A DNA stretch of 64,000 nucleotides from Schizochytrium sp. TIO01. Lineage: Eukaryota; Protista; Bigyra: Labyrinthulomycetes. Position 1 is the first letter of the stretch. Every line of letters begins with the position of its first letter. The notes beneath the pieces are model-generated. The model searched no databases and was not told the DNA's origin. It saw nothing but the letters and a program-made list of their open reading frames with translations. The stretch is from contig SMSO01000034.1 in the NCBI GenBank assembly GCA_004764695.1, positions 124,001 to 188,000 of the forward strand, written 5' to 3'. Positions 57,419 to 64,000 of the stretch are shown here, piece after piece. The position numbers and the translations under genes are program-made.

Positions 57419-59233
57419 TCACGTTGTAGTAGCCTGCGGAGGCTTGCGATTGAGTTTCATATGTGCGCTAATGAGGTGATTCGACGAGAGGGCTGCATTT
57501 AAAGAAATTTCTCCTGCAAGAACCGTAGCTGCGACTAGCTGGGAGAGTTGAGCAGCATTTGCGCCTGGCTTCTCAGCGTTAGCACCAGCCACCCCGAGCA
57601 TCTCCAGGCACGCCCTTTGCGACGCAAGAGATGTACCCCCGCCCACAGTGCCCACTTCAATGCTGGGCATCGTCACCGAGATGTGAATTGATTCTCCGCC
57701 GTCTACAGCCTCCATAAGTGTCATGCAGTTGCTTGATTCAACATTCTGAGCAGGGTCTTGACCTGTTGCAAGGAAGATGGCAGTGACCATGTTTGAGGCA
57801 TGCGCATTGTTCCCGCCGATGGATCCCGCCATAGCGGATCCTACTAGGTTTTTTGCGACATTTAAGGATACAAGTGCTTCAATACTTGTCTTGAGAACTC
57901 TTTCCACGACACTATGGGGGATTGTGGTTTCGCAGATAACTGACTTACCTCGACCTTGGGTCCAATTCACAGCACTAGGTTTTTTGTCTGTACACACATT
58001 TCCTGAGAGAGCTACCAGTTCTGCCTTAGTCTGGGTTACTAGCTCCTGTACAATAAGGTTCACGCCTTTACCCACCATGTTCATTCCCATAGCGTCTCCA
58101 GTGGTTGCTTCAAAGCGAAGAAATACAAAGCGACCTGCAATGCTTGGCGTGACTTTTTGGAGAGCACCATGGTTTGTAGTTGTACCAAAGACATCCTTCA
58201 TCATCTTTAGTTGTGCATCTTCTTGAATCCAGGTAACAAAGTCTGCTGCATCCACAGCAGTAGGAAATGCCAAACACGGCGATCGAGTCATGCCATCTCG
58301 CACCACACGAGCTCTGGCACCGTACACCGATTCTCGAATCGCCCGAGCGCCGCGGTTTGTAGAGGCTATGAGAGCACCTTCAGTGGTAGCCATTGGGATA
58401 TGATACATTTTTTCATTCACAAGTAAAGGTCCTATTACGCCAACTGGAATAGGCACAAAGCCAATGACGTTCTCGCAATTGGTACCATGCACCTGGTCAT
58501 AAAACTTCGCGAGGTCAAAGTCTCCGTGCTTTGCAGGCACCTTTTTAAGGCCAGCAGCTTGCTCTGGCTCGAGCATTTCTGCAATCATATCCCGTCTAAC
58601 CTCCACAGCCTTTGATGTGTTCCCCAAGACCCTCTCCAACTGGTGGTGTTGTGTATTACGACTATCCTGCGTGAATTTCGCGAGATTCCCAGACCTTTGC
58701 CGTACCCACGCAGGAAGTGTGTATGCAGCAACTCTGTTGCTGTTTCTTTGCAAGGCCATCATTCTGGGTCGTTCAGAACCTTTCACTCTGCGTGACGACT
58801 CGGGGACCTGCTTAGGATCTCCAGCTTCTGCGATCTCGCAGAAGTCTACCTAGGACCTGCTGTTTATATCTTCGCTTGGCAAGTCCTTTCGGGTTATCCG
58901 AGAAATCAGTTGGTGCCTCCGCCAAGCTTGCGGGGAGGAGACTCGCAAACACCGTCAGGAGTATCTGAAACCTTCGCTCGCAAGGTAGGTGGCAAGCACC
59001 AGACTTGGGCACTGGGCTCGAGCACGCAAGAGGTATATTCGTGGAAAAGGTTGGAGAAACGCGGAGTTCGATGTTTATGGGACACTCCGGATAGTTCTTT
59101 ACAACAAAGAGAAAGAGATCTTTAAAGATGGGACTTACTTGGTCCCTAAAGCTGGGACCTCTCTTACCTCAGTGTGCACACTCGGTTGCGATCGCCCTTG
59201 CGGTTGTTGCAGTTCAAGGTTTGCTGCGTTCAT
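57419..59233 (-). CDS. HMGR: Class I HMG-CoA reductase without membrane domain (predicted intron 59167-58850)
   Basis: CENVIG, PMATTEGAL, TGDAMGMNM, TDKKPSA, GQDPAQNVESS, EVGTVGGGT, catalytic His in AHMKLNR. Upstream exon ATG 59233..GAG|GTAAGA joins cctAG|GTA at 58849 in phase 0 (exon 1 inferred). Confidence 0.9.
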
Positions 59234-60495
59234 ACTTGCTATACACTTTTCTTTAGCTTGAGTTGTCTCAAAACGAAATTAGACTCTTCATATACGTTGA
59301 TCTTGACGGATTAACGAAAAGATAGAATAACCTCGTAAAGTTGGGTTTCTTTGATATTCACATGTGTACGGTTTTGGAATTCTTTGTTTATTCCCCAACG
59401 CTAGCCCCACTTCTGAAAAGGGCCCAAAGCACCACGTCTTAAGTGAGTTGTATTTTGAGTTAAAAGTCACAGTATTATTTGGACACCTTTGCGTATAGAG
59501 ATGTAGCATAACCTCCATCATCATTCATTGCTCGACGGAGTACCTAATCAAAAAACCTGAACCGCTGCATGGGTCTTACATAACCGAGCTTTTGGCATAA
59601 ATGGAGTTCAACATATCAATTAATTCTCGTGACATCCAAATACCATGGCCTTCTGGTTGATCATGACTCGAGGATAGTAGATGCTAAATTCTCCACTCCA
59701 GTTCGGTCCCTAGTTACTTAAAGCGCCTCTTCCTGTTAGTAGTACTGATATTGCCTATAAGGCGACTAATAATTGCGAGACCGCGCAATGCCGTTGAGCG
59801 AGCGTTACGGTCCTTGAGCGCACCTTAATTTTTCTAAGAGTTTGCCGAGTGGCTTGCCCTATACTCTATAGTAGGCTATTTATAAGTTATATTTAGATAA
59901 AGTACAGTAATTCGTATAACGCATAGTAGCTCTGCTTTTATAGAGAACTAAAAGTGCACAATGGGATTATAAATGAAAAAGAGGAAAAGAGAGAATCGCC
60001 AATGGCTGGAGCAGACTGGGAAAACCCGCGCCGTCGCCGCTGTCACCACTCCGTGTGTCCAGCGCCGTTGCCACCGCCGCTCACGCAGGCCCTTGGCAGG
60101 CCTCCCGCCGAGCCCGCATTGAGGCACTTTCACCTACGACACAGCCCGCTCCGTCGCGGTGCCGTCGGTTGATTGGCCAAGCCCTAGCTGATTGCCCACT
60201 GCTTTTTCCCTTTGATTCTTCTTCGTTTCTTCGCTGTGTATTTCTTTTCGTTCCATTCGCTTCTGCACGCTTTCGCATTCTGAGATCCGGGCGTAACGTT
60301 GACCTTGGAGGCAAAATAAACTCGTGTCGCGACTACTAGTTGTTTTGGCCTTTGATCTTATCAAGTCCGTACTGCTTTGACGTGGAATCCAGTTTTCCGA
60401 ACAGAGCACGTCATTGAACCGGTCCAGGTGCAGTGAATTCTGGGATCATCTGTAGTTAGGTTACTCAAGTGTATTTTTCGACGACTTTAGACAAA

Positions 60496-61151
60496 ATGGC
60501 AGACGATAACAACGGCCAGGAAGTCCGCGAGCAGGATCGCTACCTGCCTGTGGCAAATCTTTCGCGTATTATGAAGCGTGCGCTGCCTGCATCCAGCAAA
60601 GTCAGTAAGGACAGCAAGGACCTCATGCGTAAGTTTTATGACTATCATATAGAGAAACCAGGGTGCGCCTTTGGTTCGGGGAGCTAAGTTTAGACTTAGT
60701 TCTTGCGTCACCCATATAGAAAAGGTTATGCAAATTGTAAACAATCGTGTACTGACGTACTCTTTGAAATGTATGTATTTATGTATGGTATTATTGATTA
60801 TATACAGAGGAGTGTGTGTCAGAGTTTATTTCCTTCATCACAAGTGAGGCAAGTGACAAGGTGCAGCAAGAGAAGCGCAAGACTATCACTGGCGACGATG
60901 TTTTGTGGGCAATGTCCACGCTTGGATTTGACAACTATGTCGAGCCTCTTAAGGTTTACCTTGCCAAATACCGCGAGTCTGTCAAGGGGGATAAGGGTGG
61001 CCCTGACGGAAAGGAAGGCCCTGGTCCTTCTCCTGGTGTAGGGGCTATGGGCGCAAGTGCTGGCATGTCTATGCCTGCCCAAGGAGCCTCCGCTGGGCAG
61101 GCCCCTGTTGGTGCACCAGGCATGCCTGGAGCACCGGGCATGCCCAAGTAA
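60496..61151 (+). CDS. NFYB: Nuclear transcription factor Y subunit B (HAP3); intron 60629-60807
   Basis: [62 protein letters not shown]|GTAAGT..TACAG|AG splice restores the frame. Confidence 0.95.
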
Positions 61152-62093
61152 AACACAATGTGACCTGCGTTGTCAAATCAGCGTTCTAGATGTGGTGCTG
61201 CCTAGCATCCTTCTCTATCCTCTCCGAACGGCCTTCAGCTCTAAATTGCAATTTATAAGCTTTGTCTTATAGACGGTGTTCAAGTGTGGTTGGAATCTAG
61301 CTGGTCACGTGTAAGCTTGCAAACAGTCTACACCGAATTTTCGTATGCTTACTACGTCAGTTAGGTATTTCTGTACATGAGACTTCACGTCTAGCCTGAT
61401 CAAGCTCTTGTTGAGAGGAACTTGTTACAAAGTCATCGGCCTCATCATTTTACCTTTGAAGTGTTTAAAAATCAACCAAGCTTTTTCCTAATTTTTGTTT
61501 TTTTGTTGTATTGTCCAGATACCTATTTTTATTACTAGTTCTTTTCTTGCGAGACAAAAATGTAATTTGTTGAAACCGGGAGAGGATCAAGGCATATATG
61601 CAAACCAAAATAGTTTCAAAGAAGGGAAAAATTCGTCAAATGTAGGTCACTTCAATGTGTAGTTGTATTGTTTTTGTACTCCGTCTCGTATTCTCCACTC
61701 GCACGTGGAGAATGCGACGTAGGCACAATAGGTATACTTGCTGTAGCACCACTCATATATCTAGTAGTTGTACGCATATAGGTTATTTTCTGATAGGTTG
61801 TCGATTGCTTTTGATAGGTTGTTGCTCAGGTACATCCATTATATAAGGAAATGAGGAAAAAAGGAAGGTCGTCCCAATCATCCTGCGATGATTAGAACAA
61901 TAAAAGTATGTTAAAAGAGTCAGTTGAAATTGATTGAGGGTACATGCACGAGCAAAGGCAGGCATTCATCATTCCACAGAGGATTTTAATAAAGTCCAAT
62001 TAAGGATAGAATGTATATGCAATCTACCGTGAAAAGATATACCGCCATGCTTCAGTAATGCAATTCGGCAATGGGTAGTATGGTGAACGTTCA

Positions 62094-64000
62094 TTAGTTC
62101 ATCGTGCCACGACAGTTTGGCGCACCACAGAAGCAGGGAACCTTGAGTGCAGGATCCTTCTCAATAGGAAATTTGTAGTCATACGAGAGCTCCTCCCCGG
62201 GCTCAATGGATCGCTTTGTATAAATAACGATCTTACGCACTCCCTTGTGATTGATAATATTCGTAAAACAATTCGGATCGCAGCTGTGATTAATAAAGCG
62301 TGCAAGAGACCCACGCATTGTTGCATCAACCACTACATCTGCGTCAATACGAAACATGTAGTCTGGCACACCCCGTGCCTCATACCGTTTCTCACGAAGG
62401 TCAGTCAAGATAGGCCGAATCAGCTCACCTTTGTATTCAATGACAAATTCATTCGCACTAAGTGGTTCCTCTGCGAAAACACCCCATGCATGGATTGGGC
62501 TCTTGCCGAAACGGAGGCGCTTCTCACGCCCGAGTGTCAAGTGCTTTGTGCTCAAGTCTGCACTCAGAGCATCTGCAACACCACGAAGCTGCAGTCGGCG
62601 TTTACTCTGGTCCTCATAACTCGTTTTCCCACTGGCACCAGCGCCAGCATGGGAAGCCGCAAAAGATGGAGGGTGGGATTCTGCAGCAGATTTACGGGCT
62701 GCTGCAGATCCACTCTGGCGTGCTCGCGCAGAAGTTTTCTCTGTACGATATAAACTCCGCAAAGGAAGCCGGTTGTCCAATGCAGGTCCGACAACCGGAC
62801 ACGGGCGTGCACTACTACGCCGGTGATCTGCTTCAGAACGCGGTCTCACACGTGCACAAGTAAACTCTGGGGTACCCTGAGTTCCAACTTGCTTGCGCAC
62901 GTAACGTGTGCCGTCCGGAGCAACACCTCCTTCATGATCGCCGAGAGGTGGCAAAGCCGAAAAAGCGCCTGCACTAAACTCTACTTCATAATGTTGCTTG
63001 CGTTTACCTAAATATCCACCACGTGGGCTATGCATTACAAGTTGACCACTTGGGGGAACTGAATAGCGCGCAGCAGGCATGGCTCCGTCAAGAGCAAACA
63101 GAGTTTCAAGGGCCATTCGACGGAGCCTGTTCTCCATTTTAGACCGTCCTGCCTTTTTCCACTTACTCGATCTTCGTTTCAGAACTGGGGAAGGTTGCGC
63201 CTGTTCAGAGAGAAGTCGAGCCATACCATTCGTTGTACAAGGAAAAAGTCTTCCAGACTCCCCAGTGAGCACCTTGCGCCGCGCAGCCTCGCGATCTATG
63301 CTAGACTTGCCATATGGAGTAACTTCCAAACCCTGTCGTGGACATCGCCACTGCGGTGTTGAGGCGTGCGAAATGGCTTCTATCTCAAGCCGCACAAATT
63401 CATCATGCTCGGCACCACACAGATGGCGTAGGTGACGAAGACAGTACACCCACTCGCCCTTGGGCACTGGGATATCATCTGCAAGTTTTCCTCCAAGACT
63501 CAGGGGAACATTCCAATATCTCCACTCACATACAGAATTAAGTCGGGCAGGGGGGGACTTACGAAGATGCTGGTTGGCTATCTTGTAAATTTCTCGGTAG
63601 CGATCAAGCCGCCGAGTTGAATTATTTACCTTTGCTGAAGCGGACTTTGATACTGGTTCTGCATCCTTTGCCGGTCCAGACGTGGCCTGAGAATCAGTAC
63701 CTGTTGTCTTATTGTCTGGTTTGCCCCATTCCTTAGCTTCTTCCATGATCTGATCTGGATCTGCCGTGAGCTGCTTCAGGTCACGATCTGACACCCCTGC
63801 CAGATGATGTGCCTCGCAAAACGCACAAATATACGGTTGGTGCGGTTGTTGTTGCTTACCTAAGTCTTTAGGTTCTTTGCCAGCTGCTGAAGAGATTGAT
63901 ACCGGTTCAACATTCATCTTTGCATCTCCCGTGGCGGTTGTTGCGGCAGCAGTGGTATTATTTGCCGGAGAAGAAGTCGAAGGTGATAATGAATGTGTAC
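62094..64000 (-). CDS. SET1: SET1/COMPASS-type histone H3K4 methyltransferase, 5'-truncated by window edge
   Basis: RLRFGKSPIHAWG, VIEYKGELIR, RFINHSCDPNC, GEELSYDYKF, post-SET CFCGAPNCRG, Win-like FTCARVRP. Frame stays open to 64000. Confidence 0.85.
   Translation of the reverse strand, partial: THSLSPSTSSPANNTTAAATTATGDAKMNVEPVSISSAAGKEPKDLGKQQQPHQPYICAFCEAHHLAGVSDRDLKQLTADPDQIMEEAKEWGKPDNKTTGTDSQATSGPAKDAEPVSKSASAKVNNSTRRLDRYREIYKIANQHLRKSPPARLNSVCEWRYWNVPLSLGGKLADDIPVPKGEWVYCLRHLRHLCGAEHDEFVRLEIEAISHASTPQWRCPRQGLEVTPYGKSSIDREAARRKVLTGESGRLFPCTTNGMARLLSEQAQPSPVLKRRSSKWKKAGRSKMENRLRRMALETLFALDGAMPAARYSVPPSGQLVMHSPRGGYLGKRKQHYEVEFSAGAFSALPPLGDHEGGVAPDGTRYVRKQVGTQGTPEFTCARVRPRSEADHRRSSARPCPVVGPALDNRLPLRSLYRTEKTSARARQSGSAAARKSAAESHPPSFAASHAGAGASGKTSYEDQSKRRLQLRGVADALSADLSTKHLTLGREKRLRFGKSPIHAWGVFAEEPLSANEFVIEYKGELIRPILTDLREKRYEARGVPDYMFRIDADVVVDATMRGSLARFINHSCDPNCFTNIINHKGVRKIVIYTKRSIEPGEELSYDYKFPIEKDPALKVPCFCGAPNCRGTMN

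Overview
Eukaryotic, gene-dense, intron-poor nuclear DNA with GT-AG introns and microsatellite-rich intergenic regions. The overall style suggests a stramenopile such as a thraustochytrid (inference, not provable from this window). Housekeeping genes: a WW-domain protein, RAD51D, a putative type II glycosyltransferase-like protein, a 2OG-Fe(II) oxygenase, an MST/Hippo-like STE20 kinase, a CPSF30-like protein, SmF, NMD3, an SLC38/AAAP amino-acid transporter, a ~19-repeat ankyrin protein, HMG-CoA reductase, NF-YB and a 5'-truncated SET1-type H3K4 methyltransferase. Three things stand out. (1) A co-oriented array at 24.7-39.3 kb of PDZ-containing TIR-domain genes: PDZ-ANK-TIR, PDZ-[S/K/E minisatellite]-TIR and X-PDZ-ANK-SAM-TIR, all keeping the NADase-type glutamate. 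The array also holds a decayed fourth TIR copy missed by the ORF track and shared non-coding flanks, which points to birth-and-death evolution of a candidate SARM1-like innate-immune or cell-death receptor family. (2) A frameshifted, virus/MGE-type AEP primase-Zn finger-SF2 (UL9-like) helicase relic at 7.6-10.2 kb. (3) A CPSF30-like protein with an unusual CCCHx4-YTH-DCD-KH-RGG architecture sitting inside the TIR array. All domain calls are by eye from motifs; no database searches were run.
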